A stretch of 64,000 bases of DNA from the NCBI GenBank assembly GCA_946965045.2, contig OX337240.1:2418001-2482000 (forward strand). Reading direction: 5' to 3'. Position 1 is the first letter of the stretch; the number at the start of each line of letters is the position of its first letter. Under the pieces are notes generated by a model. That model saw only the letters and a list, made by a program, of their open reading frames with translations. It was not told the DNA's origin and ran no database searches. Origin of the DNA: Epithemia pelagica (Eukaryota > Protista > Bacillariophyta). The translations under genes and the position numbers were made by a program. Of this stretch, positions 11,601-21,500 are shown one piece after another.

Positions 11601-13326
11601 CATCAAGTGGGATTTTCCTACCGGTTTCGACCCAAACAAGCTCACATCCACCTTCGATTCACGTCTCTTGGCTCAAATTCAGTCACCATTGGGCATCATT
11701 GATGATTGGCATCCACTCTACTTCAGTGCCAAAGCCGTTAATGAAGATGCGCCATTATACTTTGACATCCGTCTGCTACCTCAGGAAGAGCAGGACAAGT
11801 GGATTGCTGCCATGGACAAGGAACTAAACGAGCTCGAGGACAAGAAAACATTCAAACTTGTCCCTCGAATCCAAGCAAAAGGAAAGGAGATCGTAGATGT
11901 CATGTGGACCTTTGTACGGAAACGAAAACCAGATGGGACCATCTCACGGTACAAAGCAAGATTGGTTGTCCGTGGAGATCAGCAGAAGGCATCTTTTAGC
12001 CGAGACGACACCTTCGCACCAGTGATTGATTGGCCAACCGTCCGTCTTCTTCTAAACTTGTCCATCCAACACAAGTTACACACGGTCTCAATTGATTTCA
12101 AGAATGCATTCGTACAATCGGACCTACCCGAACCGATCTATGTCAATCTGCCACAAGGATATGGAGCGGGCCAGAGCGACAAAGTCCTTGAGGTGACCAA
12201 GAGTCTCTACGGCGACTGTCGAGCCCCACGACTATGGTATGATTACCTACGCAACAAACTGGAACAAATTGGACTCAAACCTGACGGTTCCGACCCATGT
12301 CTCTTTATCGGAATGGGATGTGTGATGATCACGTATGTTGACGACGCAGTGATCTATGGACACGACGAAGCCAGTGTCAATCGAATCCTTGAGGGACTGA
12401 CACAGATGAAGATGGACTACGAGCATCTCGGCGATCTCCCAACGTACCTCGGTGTAGAAATCAAGCATCATGAGAATGGTACCGTCGAGCTACGACAACC
12501 GCACTTGACTCGCAGTATCATCAGTGCGTTGGGACTCGAGAAGTCAAATCCCAAGGCTACACCTGCTACGAAAACAATTGGGAAAGACCTCGATGGAGCA
12601 CCACTCAACGCCGACTACAACTACCGATCCGTGGTGGGCATGCTCCTCTACCTTGGGAATAACACGCGACCTGATTGTGCATTCGCCATCAATCAGACGG
12701 CACGATTCAGCAACAACCCCACAGCACTACATGGAGAGGCACTGAAACGAATCGGTCGCTACCTCATGGGAACCGCGGAGAGGGGCTTAATCCTAAAACC
12801 ATCCAAGGTTTTGAGTCTGCATTGTTATGTGGACGCCGATTTTGCTGGCCTGTGGAGTAACGAGAATCCTGACGATCCAACCTCCGTACGGTCGCGCACT
12901 GGGTTCATCATTACCATCGGTCAATCCCCAATCACATGGAGCAGTAAACTGCAAACCGAGATAGCTCTCTCAACCATGGAAGCCGAGTACATCGCTGCTT
13001 CAACCAGTATGCGTTCACTCCTTCCACTACGCAACCAATTGGCCAAAATCATCACTCATTTGCACCTGAATCCAGCTGGCCCAAGTTTCGTTTGCACCGT
13101 TTGGGAGGACAATCAAGCAGCCCTACAACTGGCAACGAAAGATCCACCACGAATGACACCACGCAGCAAACACATTGGAATCAAATACCACTGGTTCCGC
13201 GCACACATCAACTCACCCAACAGCACTGATCCAAACGGCATCTTCATGAAGGCCATTGCTACAACAGACCAACTCGGACGCCTTCACCAAACCATTGGAT
13301 GCAGGGCCATTCGAAACGGCCCGTAA
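8566..13326 (+). CDS. pol: Pol of element 2 (protease, integrase, RT, RNase H), frameshifted near its C-terminus
   Basis: Motifs ILDTGAS, HQRLGH...CLAC, YHSDNG, KARLVVRG, YVDD, YVDADFAG and WEDNQA. The terminal (A)DAFTKP...IMGW* lies in another frame after about 13276. Confidence 0.92.
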   Translation, partial: GFSLGRVFLQHSNALYPPWLDTILCWLCLCGWFCLISTVDCFVLTLVGCLYRFTSSSRAHLRHLNRLLPKPPFHFPPSGFDSRLCLSNHVICLTPLSVLYLAFHLLMFTSSTHPLGVMSFTPPRVRGEHGTRTRRRTWSKSRSATNWNHWPTIRALRLHNHTVDCYDKLKLLPLSRDPKIYTLGPDFSNLLRANCETPRLTYRYAMHHIDPTMIVSQATQVDDAPSDPVVPIILDTGASNGLTMSEDDFVELVYGNYGSMSTAASDNRFPIIGTGIVGYDAIHEDGTVRRWVYPANLCKAAGTRLCSPQINAAYLRQDQRFPTFVSNQSFASIMIDKESERRITVPIDYSSNLPIVRVKHIKQQTQATAQHRPVDCCCGFNQWCRCPLETTSVTTKQLTLHQFLAEHDENPLDETNRNLSRPQKQLLLDHQRLGHIHMRRIQRLYRDNSNSDPSDETLSCLPSTFKSSGSCDAPQCLACLYAKARRRPTQSKANVPHSQAGHLTPTDRKLSLGELVSMDHFESTVRGRLWHTRGRERPEHHFVGGTIFFDHGSKAIFCYPQVSLGSSDTINSKNQFKVSLHQAGRQVTRYHSDNGVFTSDAFQESLKTNRNTFPSPLSTLSGVGAHHANAGAERAIQTVTYMAQAMMIHCHIRWPSAFSPSLWPMALEYATWIYNHIPQEDNDMCPMEVFSGTKIDCTLLRRVRVWGCPSNVLDPKLQDGKKLPKWARRSRRGQFLGFSPQHSSLVGMIRNLDTGHISPQFHVVYDELFMSVSSTWSFPQDNSLPDFFTRDHYLDDHDPTRDGPLPDLDSVWSLPKVSFDDTSSLPVPKVPEGEHAEHPSHDQSATPGTPLDLGRNHRRTTLESHPNVTPIQLDDIDPLSPLAETDETDSFDSTSDDMPLTPCSKPGESSPSSKSGESLPSSKSGESLPSSKSGESLPSSKSGESSPSPASDAIHEPTTGRPHRQRRAPVRFPDNADSHQDSSWAHTSSTEQRFSMTAIYDDPTAFGHYANSIKWDFPTGFDPNKLTSTFDSRLLAQIQSPLGIIDDWHPLYFSAKAVNEDAPLYFDIRLLPQEEQDKWIAAMDKELNELEDKKTFKLVPRIQAKGKEIVDVMWTFVRKRKPDGTISRYKARLVVRGDQQKASFSRDDTFAPVIDWPTVRLLLNLSIQHKLHTVSIDFKNAFVQSDLPEPIYVNLPQGYGAGQSDKVLEVTKSLYGDCRAPRLWYDYLRNKLEQIGLKPDGSDPCLFIGMGCVMITYVDDAVIYGHDEASVNRILEGLTQMKMDYEHLGDLPTYLGVEIKHHENGTVELRQPHLTRSIISALGLEKSNPKATPATKTIGKDLDGAPLNADYNYRSVVGMLLYLGNNTRPDCAFAINQTARFSNNPTALHGEALKRIGRYLMGTAERGLILKPSKVLSLHCYVDADFAGLWSNENPDDPTSVRSRTGFIITIGQSPITWSSKLQTEIALSTMEAEYIAASTSMRSLLPLRNQLAKIITHLHLNPAGPSFVCTVWEDNQAALQLATKDPPRMTPRSKHIGIKYHWFRAHINSPNSTDPNGIFMKAIATTDQLGRLHQTIGCRAIRNGP
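11273..11408 (+). repeat. 27-bp tandem repeat x5 (SKSGESLPS) in the IN-RT linker
   Basis: Units of GTTCAAAATCGGGCGAGTCATTACCCA with minor variants. Confidence 0.9.
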
Positions 13327-13363
13327 GAAGATTATGGGTTGGTAGCCCTCGGTCAAGGGCGAG

Positions 13364-13632
13364 TATCAGCGTTCATGCGCCTCCTCCATTCACTCCCACA
13401 CATACAACAAAAATATCGACCTCGCACTACACCCAACTTAGTCCTTAGTCATAATTTGAGAAGTAACAAAACTTGCACTACAGTTTACATTCGTCCCTAG
13501 CAGATTCTAACGAACTGCAAACCGGAACTCTTCCGAATGACCATGGGAACCTCCCTCACCGGAACGGCTGCCTCATTCGGACATTCTACGAACAACTCGT
13601 CGCGTGGAACAGAAAACTCCTTCACAATGAGA
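13364..13632 (+). repeat. 3' LTR of element 2
   Basis: Direct repeat of 6546-6814, preceded by a polypurine tract. Confidence 0.95.
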
Positions 13633-14006
13633 GCAGTTGGCTGCACAGTGAGTTCCACGAACCAAACAAAGTCATCAGCATTGACTTGAAACAACATTTG
13701 TATGCTTTGCATCTCACATAAACATACTGCATTATTTGACAGAGTCCCTGACTAATTTATGGGTAGAAACACTGACCAGTAAGTCTCAGGGACGTGTACA
13801 ATGGAAATTCTAGCCACGTTCGACCGCTGTTGCTAAGGTAATCCTAGGTCTTAGGTTAGAAGGTTAGAAGAAAAGAAAAGGTAAAATGAAATCTTTCCCA
13901 AACAAACAACTCAAGACGAATGCATAGTCGAAAGCCAGTCCCGAGGCATAAAATAATCACTCAAATACTGCATGTCAGCAGGCAGCTTACTACACAACAG
14001 CTACTA

Positions 14007-14570
14007 CTAGCGTTGCACCCATTCCCCATTGACCTTCTTTTGATCCGCCAAACATTCGGGGTACAGTTTCACGAGTCGGTCAAACTCCTTCTGAATTTCC
14101 CATCCTGTTTTGGCGTGTTGCAGATATCGATCACCGTTCGCCGCGGGGAAAATGATTGTTTTCTCTTGGATATGAGTCGCGATGATTCCCATAATAATGT
14201 AGCATTCTCCGTCGGTAAACCCATGGATGGATTCAAGTTCCGATTCCCATTTATCCCCGGCGTTGTGGACGCGGCGGAGCTTCATGTGGGCCTCTGTCGG
14301 AACGAAGGCTTTCCTTTTTTTTCATTTTTTCGGCGGCTGTGGCGACTCCTCCTCCTTGCTAGTAGTTCGTTTATTACGGCCGAACGACAAAGAACTGCGT
14401 GAAACGCTGGTATTCGAAGCGTCTGATGATGCCGATTCCGTACTGCGCTTCTGTCTGATTCGCAAAGAGGTTCGCGTCTGCTGCAGCTCAAATGAAGGTG
14501 AGGTTGTTGTGGTGCCAACAAGATTGCTGGTGCGAGGTCCGGAGGCGTCTCCCAAGGAAAGCGTAGACAT
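14007..14570 (-). pseudogene. hypothetical gene of about 187 codons with an in-frame premature stop
   Basis: ORFs 14322..14570 and 14007..14285 are in the same frame and separated by a single TGA (PPKK*KKRKAF). No recognisable domain. Confidence 0.3.
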
Positions 14571-14906
14571 TTACCAAATTGAGGTTGTTGTTTCGAATGT
14601 ACACGTGGTCAAGGTCGTACTGAGGGCGAATGTGGGCATACAAGAACAATAGAAACCGCAAAGAACTGAGAGGGTCAAGGTCAAGAGGGTCAAGGGATCG
14701 GTGCTCTTGCTTTGTTGGCGAGAAAACGTTATGATCGACCCAAGAGCGACTAGATCTGCGTTGACTCTTCCTAAGATCACATACGGGGTTCATCCACTGT
14801 TTAGTCGTCGCCTTGGTAGTCTGGTTAGACTATTTTTGGCCCGGCGCGTCTCCCTGCGGGGAGCGTACGGCAGCGTTAAAATAGATATTTCCCTTTTTTT
14901 TTTTAA

Positions 14907-15921
14907 CGCCAATCGTAAGCGAGTAGTGTATAGCTGTCTCCCATATATGGGAGACAGCTATGCACTACTCCCTTAACTTTGACTTTCATTAACTTCATCA
15001 AAAACCAAAGTCTGTCAAATCTGACTTCTTCGTTGGAAAGATCTTGAAATTCTGAATAACTTCATATATGATAGTCTACAGTAAATACACAGTCATTAGC
15101 GTGATATTTCGCTTTGAAAAATTGGTGATTTTCCTCTTTTTTGATCATTTACATCTTCCATCGGCTGAGCGCCAACTTTAGTACCCTTTATATATGCGAC
15201 ATCTGTACCGATTGTTGCAGGACTCTCCATTCTGGAGGTCTATATGGCAAAGAAGGCCTTGACCAAAGGAAATGTCCTCCCGACCCTTCCCTGTGGAAAG
15301 TGACGACCGTGAGTTGGCGCAACTGGATTCGTCGCAATGGCTCATCAACCCACATGCCGAGCAACCTGTCCAAGATATCGATCTCAGATACCAAGCAACC
15401 CGTCCAAGGTGCTACCAACCTTGCACCTGAAGCCAGTACAACAGTACCAGAGGAAGCTAATGATGAGGAGGCAGATAAACACAAGGAAGAGGAGAAGGAC
15501 TGTCGACGACGGCAATATGGAAGAGGATGAGAACAACACAAAAGACAACAACGACAATGGCAAGGACGACGAAACGACGGAAATCTCTTGATTATCAGAA
15601 CAACAGTAGATAGGAATGAATAGATATTTGTTAATGTGAAGAGTTATTTTGTTGACTTCTTGTAGCACTACATCATGGTCGCTACATCATGGTCACAACA
15701 TCATGGACTAGGTGCCAACATCATGGACTAGGTGACACTTGTATGATGGGAGGGGGCCATTGTCATTCCATGTGACCTGTGTTTTAAGCTTTAAACAATC
15801 TGTGTTAAGGCCGACTTACGGGAGACAGCCTATGCGAGCAGCTGGCTGATTCCCATAAAATTTATGGGAGACAGCTATATACTATTCCGATAAGCTTAAA
15901 ACCCGTTCTTTACGATTGGCG
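14907..15921. mobile_element. non-autonomous TTAA-flanked TIR element (piggyBac-like MITE, 1015 bp)
   Basis: TTAA at 14903-14906 and 15922-15925. 12-bp TIR CGCCAATCGTAA / TTACGATTGGCG. Subterminal GGGAGACAGCTAT motifs at both ends. Confidence 0.75.
14921..14970. repeat. 50-bp near-perfect palindrome
   Basis: GAGTAGTGTATAGCTGTCTCCCATA|TATGGGAGACAGCTATGCACTACTC, one mismatch. Confidence 0.95.
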
Positions 15922-15979
15922 TTAAGATCACATACGGGGTCCTGGGGACGAAAAATTCCACCACGATAGATAATACTAC

Positions 15980-16202
15980 TGTTGAGGATAGCAGAGCCAC
16001 CGGTGAATATAGAGGACCAAGGTGCGACTGGCGAAGGGAAGAAAGATTCGAAAGATACGGAATCATGGACATTGGTTTGTCGACGTGGCAAAAGCAACGA
16101 AAGAACGAACAAGAGAGCCAACGCTCATTCAATGGAGAATACGTAGTTCGATAAGCCTATAAAGAGTTGCTTTTACGGCACGGCTTGTTAGAAGTTTCAA
16201 CA
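15980..16202 (+). repeat. 5' LTR of element 4
   Basis: Direct repeat of 21857-22079. Confidence 0.95.
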
Positions 16203-16216
16203 TATTCTCCATTGAA
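16203..16216 (+). promoter_or_regulatory. self-complementary primer-binding site (TATTCTCCATTGAA)
   Basis: Exact 14-nt reverse complement of LTR 16128-16141. No tRNA-type TGG or GGTTAT site follows the LTR. Confidence 0.7.
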
Positions 16217-16269
16217 ACTTTATTCTTCTCTTACACTAAGTACCTCCGCTGTTGACGTGAAGTACTCTT

Positions 16270-16944
16270 ATGAGTGAAGAGGGAACAAGTGACCGCGTAC
16301 AAGCTTTATTATCGGAACTGGCCCAACTCACTATTGAACAAGAGGATCTCTTACACGAAGCGGAACAGCGCTACCAACAACGCTTTCGCACCAAGGAGGT
16401 GCAGCATCGCGAGGCCATCGCTGCACTGGAGCGACAACGAGAAATCGAGAGAGACAACGACTACGAGGAAACGGAGATTCGGAAACAGCTGATCTTCGAG
16501 CAGACGCAGGAAAAGCGACGCAAGTTGCTAGCCAAGATTAAGCGCGCTGAACAAGGTCCATCAACCTGCGTGGCTACATACCCGGAGGACTCCGCTGAGG
16601 CGTATCTTGTGGAACCGAACCAAGAAAACAATTCGGAAGAGAATTCGGAAGCGCATCAAGACCGTCGTTCATCTCCCGTGGAAACACCTGACGGTGAGAT
16701 CGAAACGGAAACAATCATTCCTGCTATTCCGCCACAAAGAGGCGTCCTCCCACGTTGGATTCCAATTGGAACTCGAGTGTGGGTGTTGAATACTCTCAAG
16801 TTGAAGGAAACAGTGGGACGTACACACCTGCAAGGCACAGTGTCACGACACGGAAGCCTATACCACTTCATCAAGATTTGGAATCCCATCACGAAAGATA
16901 CTGAAGAACACCGCCGCCATCGTGACAGTATTGCGATAGTCTAG
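16270..16944 (+). CDS. extra ORF0 (224 aa): N-terminal coiled coil and possible C-terminal SH3/KOW-like beta-barrel
   Basis: ATG-initiated ORF between the PBS and gag. E/Q/R-rich heptads are followed by IPIGTRVWVLN...GTVSRHG...RRHRDSIAIV. Confidence 0.7.
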   Translation: MSEEGTSDRVQALLSELAQLTIEQEDLLHEAEQRYQQRFRTKEVQHREAIAALERQREIERDNDYEETEIRKQLIFEQTQEKRRKLLAKIKRAEQGPSTCVATYPEDSAEAYLVEPNQENNSEENSEAHQDRRSSPVETPDGEIETETIIPAIPPQRGVLPRWIPIGTRVWVLNTLKLKETVGRTHLQGTVSRHGSLYHFIKIWNPITKDTEEHRRHRDSIAIV

Positions 16945-16949
16945 ACAAG

Positions 16950-18530
16950 ATGTCTCAACAAGACAGCGCAACTCGTCCAGACACGGTTGAGTCTAGCTCC
17001 CGGTCGAGTGGACAACAACGTCAAGGCAGAGGCGGACGAGGAAGAGGACGAGGATGGCAGAATCAGGCTCAACAATCCAACTCGCCTAGATTTCAAGGCC
17101 AAGAACCGTCGCTGAAAGAATGCATATTCGATTATAGTGAGGATCCGCAGTCGAAGCGGTATCTACGAAACGTCGAGTTACTGATCGGCTACGTCGGTAG
17201 TAATTTTGATCGACACAATCAAGAGTTCCAACAAGCACTCGAAGCATTGGAACTACCCGACCCAGAAGAAGCAACAAAACCAAAAGACCCCACTGATATG
17301 ATCCAGATGGAAGAGTGGAAGATGGCGTACAAGGCACGCCAGGATCAGATGGTCCTGTACAAAAACTTTCGGGCGGCGCTGTACAGCTTGATTATGGGAC
17401 AGTGTACCCCTCTACTCAAGGATAAGCTGCAGGCCCACGAGACTTTTGGAGAGATCAAGAAGCTGCGTGATGGTGTAGATCTCTTGAAACTTATCAAGCA
17501 AATCACATTCACCTTTGATTCAGGACGCATATTCACTCTGGTCGCACGAGATAAGCTCAAGGAAGATTTCTATAGTCTGAGGCGACGAAACAATCAAAGT
17601 CTCCATTCCTATTACGAGGTCTTTCGAGCCAAAGTCAAGGTCATGAATGAAGCTGGGATCGTCCTTTACGATAAGGACATGCTGGAAAGAGTGGCCAAGG
17701 AAAAGAATCACACAGAACCGTCTGACGATGACCATGAGGACGCTCAAAATCGTTGCATTGCCATTCGATTCATCCGGTCTTGCGGCAACAAGGATTACGA
17801 AGCACATTTGCAAAATATGTTCTTGGATGGACAGAACGTTTATCCCAAGACGCTCGCCAATGCTCGTGCAATCCTGGACAATCGAATGACAGGAAAACCA
17901 AAGAACAATCCTGGTCAGAGCAGCGGTCAGCCCGACAATGCCACCGGAGTGGCGTATATGACAAGTGGAGAGACGAGTTTGCCCGATTCCACTCTGACAG
18001 GCCACTCCAATGCGACAACGGCAACAAGAACACAAGCAAGTGGCTCTCAAGCAGCAACAACACAGAGTCGCACAAATCGAAACGACTCACAAGCCGAGGG
18101 TAACAACGAATCCAACCGAGGTGTGCTAACCTCCATCAACTGCGACTCACCTGATTATGTTTTCTCTTCCTCTACCATGCAGGCTAGCATTCCCCCTCAA
18201 TGGCTGTTACTGGACAATCAGTCCACCGTTGACATCATCAAAGATCCATCCTTGTTAAAAAATATTCATTCATCCGAGACTCCCATCGTCATTCAGAGCC
18301 ATGCCGGACAGAGGACCCTTCAGTTGCGAGGACTCCTGCCTGGATACGGCATCGTATGGCATGACCCGGAGGGTCCAGCCAATATCATCTCCCTGAACAA
18401 TGCACACACAAGATTTCACATCAAATATGACAGCGACCATGGAAACTCATTCGCTTTGCTTGACCGAGCCACTGGTAGGCTAAAACACAAGTTCAATCCA
18501 AGCCCAGAAGGTTTCTATGTTACAGAGTAG
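16950..18530 (+). CDS. gag: Gag-protease of element 4
   Basis: LIMGQCTPLLKDKL and YPKTL Gag motifs; WLLLDNQSTVD protease motif. Confidence 0.88.
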   Translation: MSQQDSATRPDTVESSSRSSGQQRQGRGGRGRGRGWQNQAQQSNSPRFQGQEPSLKECIFDYSEDPQSKRYLRNVELLIGYVGSNFDRHNQEFQQALEALELPDPEEATKPKDPTDMIQMEEWKMAYKARQDQMVLYKNFRAALYSLIMGQCTPLLKDKLQAHETFGEIKKLRDGVDLLKLIKQITFTFDSGRIFTLVARDKLKEDFYSLRRRNNQSLHSYYEVFRAKVKVMNEAGIVLYDKDMLERVAKEKNHTEPSDDDHEDAQNRCIAIRFIRSCGNKDYEAHLQNMFLDGQNVYPKTLANARAILDNRMTGKPKNNPGQSSGQPDNATGVAYMTSGETSLPDSTLTGHSNATTATRTQASGSQAATTQSRTNRNDSQAEGNNESNRGVLTSINCDSPDYVFSSSTMQASIPPQWLLLDNQSTVDIIKDPSLLKNIHSSETPIVIQSHAGQRTLQLRGLLPGYGIVWHDPEGPANIISLNNAHTRFHIKYDSDHGNSFALLDRATGRLKHKFNPSPEGFYVTE

Positions 18531-21500
18531 CTTCGTAACCACTGTTAGCGAAAACGAAGACTCTTACTCACCAGAAGAAATTCGTAGAGCCAAGTCGGCA
18601 AGATCACTCCTGGCGAAGATAGGAAGGCCTTCTACCAAGGATTATCTTCATATCCTAAGGCACAACCTACTGCCAAACGCTAACATTACCACTGATGATG
18701 TGCACAGGGCCGAGAAGATCTATGGTCCAGATTTGGGAACGCTCAAAGGCAAGACAACTAGACGCAAGTCTCCATTTGTCGACACGTCCACGACAGTACC
18801 ACCTCGCATTGCAGAGGAGCACAAGGATGTCACGTTGACCATCGATGTCATGCACGTGAACAATGTACCCTTCCTTGTCACCACATCAAGGAAAATACAT
18901 TTCGGGACGATAGACGCCATACAATCAACCACCGATGCCAATATTACACAATCCCTGAAAAAGACTGTGGCAGTTTACCGACGTGGCGGGATGCGACCGA
19001 GAATTGTACTGGCTGATGGTGCCTTTACAAGTGACGATATGCAAGCCAATCTTCAACTCCTCGGTATTACCATCAACCCCACTGCCAGGGATGAGCATGT
19101 AGGGGATGTGGAACGCTACATCAGGACTGTCAAGGAGAGGATGCGCTGCGTTTATAACACGCTTCCTTTCAAAGCACTGCCGAAGGTGATGTTGATTGAG
19201 TTGGCCAAATTTGCTACTTTCTGGTTAAACTGCTTCCCACATCAGACCGGCATCTCCAAAACACAAAGTCCACGCCTACTCGTGACTGGAGAGCATATCG
19301 ATTTCAACAAACATTGTCGGTACGAATTTGGCCAATACGTGCAGTGCCATGAGCAGCACGATAACACCATGGCCCCAAGAACCATCGTAGCTATCGCACT
19401 GAGGCCAACAGGTAATCGGCAGGGAAGTTATTACTTCCTGAGTCTCACTAGCGGCAGAGTAATCACAAGGAATCATGCCACAGCTTTACCGATGCCAGAA
19501 GAAGTCATTCAACGTGTGCACCAGTTGGCACAAAGCCAGGAAATGCAACCCGGCTTAGCGTTCGGCAATCGGGACAACAGAATCTTGTTCTTAGATGAGA
19601 ACAATGAACTATTTGATGATGATGACGATTCCTATGAAGATGAGCAGGACATGGACGAAGATCTGCGATATGACGATGATCTAGTGGAGAACGAACTAGC
19701 TAATGAGAACGTGCCTGGTGACGATAATGTCATAGACGAGCCAGAGCCCAACCATCCGTTGGATAATCTGGATCTTGAACCTTTGGAAATCCAAGGAGTG
19801 GGGGCAGAAGCCAATCTGCCTGATCCGGTAGACGATGACCAAGATTATGGTGAGCGAGAACAAAACAATAACGATGCGATCAATGATGATGCTATGGAGG
19901 ATGTGGACATGGATAATGATGATGAGGATGATGGAGGGGAGCTAGCCGGTGGATTGGAGGAGGAGGAGAAAGAAGAAGAAGCATCTCACACGGTTGAGGA
20001 CGTGGGGATGGAGAATGCAGATCATGAACAGGAGAACAACAACCAACCCGAAAATGAACCCCGATACAATTTACGGCCGAATCGACAAAGAAGTTATGCC
20101 CACCGATACGGACATTCTTATGCCGCAGTGGACAAGCTTCAGCGTGGACGTTACGATGGCTATTTGAGAGATGGAATTCTGTATTTGGTGTCCACGGAAA
20201 TCAACATGGCCACACCACAAATGCCAATGAAAAAAGGCATCAAGCTGTTCGGTGATAAAGGCGTGGCTGCTGTGAAAGTGGAGATACAGCAGTTACACGA
20301 CCGCGGTGTTCTACGGGCTGTTCATAAAACTGATTTAACTTGGAACCAAGTGCAAGAAGCGTTAGGATACTTGATGTTCCTAAAACGCAAGCGCTGTGGC
20401 AAAATCAAAGGAAGAGGCTGCGCTGACGGGAGAAAGCAACGAGCTTATATTGACAAACCCGAATCGGCGTCACCCACAGTTGCTACTGAATCCGTTTTCA
20501 TCACTGCCGTGATCGACGCTCTAGAACGACGCGTGGTTGCAGTAGCTGATATACCAGGGGCATTCATGCACTCTGACATGGACCCCGACGTATATATGCG
20601 ACTAGATGGATTGATGGCTGAGCTATTGCTGGAAGTGGATTATGACACTTACGCTCCTTTCTTGACCTATGAGAAGGGTCAACCGGTGATTTATGTGGAG
20701 ATGCTGAAAGCTCTTTACGGCACGCTTCGTGCCGCTCGCTTGTTTTGGGAGAAGCTTACCGCTGTGCTCAAGAGTTGGGGATTTGTTATCAATCCCTATG
20801 ACTCGTGTGTTGCCAACAAACATGTAAACGATCGGCAGCTCACTGTGACGTGGCATATTGACGATTTAAAAGTCTCGCACGTTGATGGCAAGGTAGTTCA
20901 TCAATTTTTGGATGACCTACGAGCGGAGTTCGGACAGTTGGGCGAGATCTCAGTGTCTGAGGGCACTCGACACGATTACCTTGGCATGTTCCTCGACTAT
21001 GGGGAAGATGGTGTGGTTCAAGTGGATATGAGATCGTATCTTGACACCATCTTACTTGACTTACCAAAAGAATGGATCGGTCGCGCCCGTAGTCCCGCAG
21101 CCAAACACCTTTATCATGTGAACCCAAAGACTCACAAGCTGGATGAAACAAAATCAGACCGGTTCCACAGTGTGACCATGCAACTCGCCTACATGGCACA
21201 ACGTGGTCGCCCTGATATACGGACTGCCGTAACTTTTCTCAGCACCCGTGTCATGGCTCCTGATGATGATGACTATCGCAAACTCGGACGTGTTCTGAAG
21301 TATTTACAATCCACACGCGATTTGATCCTGCGCCTAGAAGGGGATCCAATGATGCATATGTGGTGGTGGGTTGACGCATCTTATGCGACTCATCCCGACC
21401 TTAAAGGACACACTGGGGGTTTCATGACCATGGGAAAAGGAGCAGTGGTGACGGCATCATCGAAACAAAAACTCGTGGCCCGTAGTTCCACTGAATGTGA

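Larger units (their letters stand above)
6546..13632 (+). mobile_element. full-length Ty1/copia LTR retrotransposon (element 2, about 7.1 kb, separate gag and pol ORFs)
   Basis: 269-bp LTRs at 6546-6814 and 13364-13632 (3 mismatches seen). TSD GCAGT at 6541-6545 and 13633-13637, PBS at 6815, PPT AAGGGCGAG at 13355-13363, PR-IN-RT-RH order. Confidence 0.96.
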
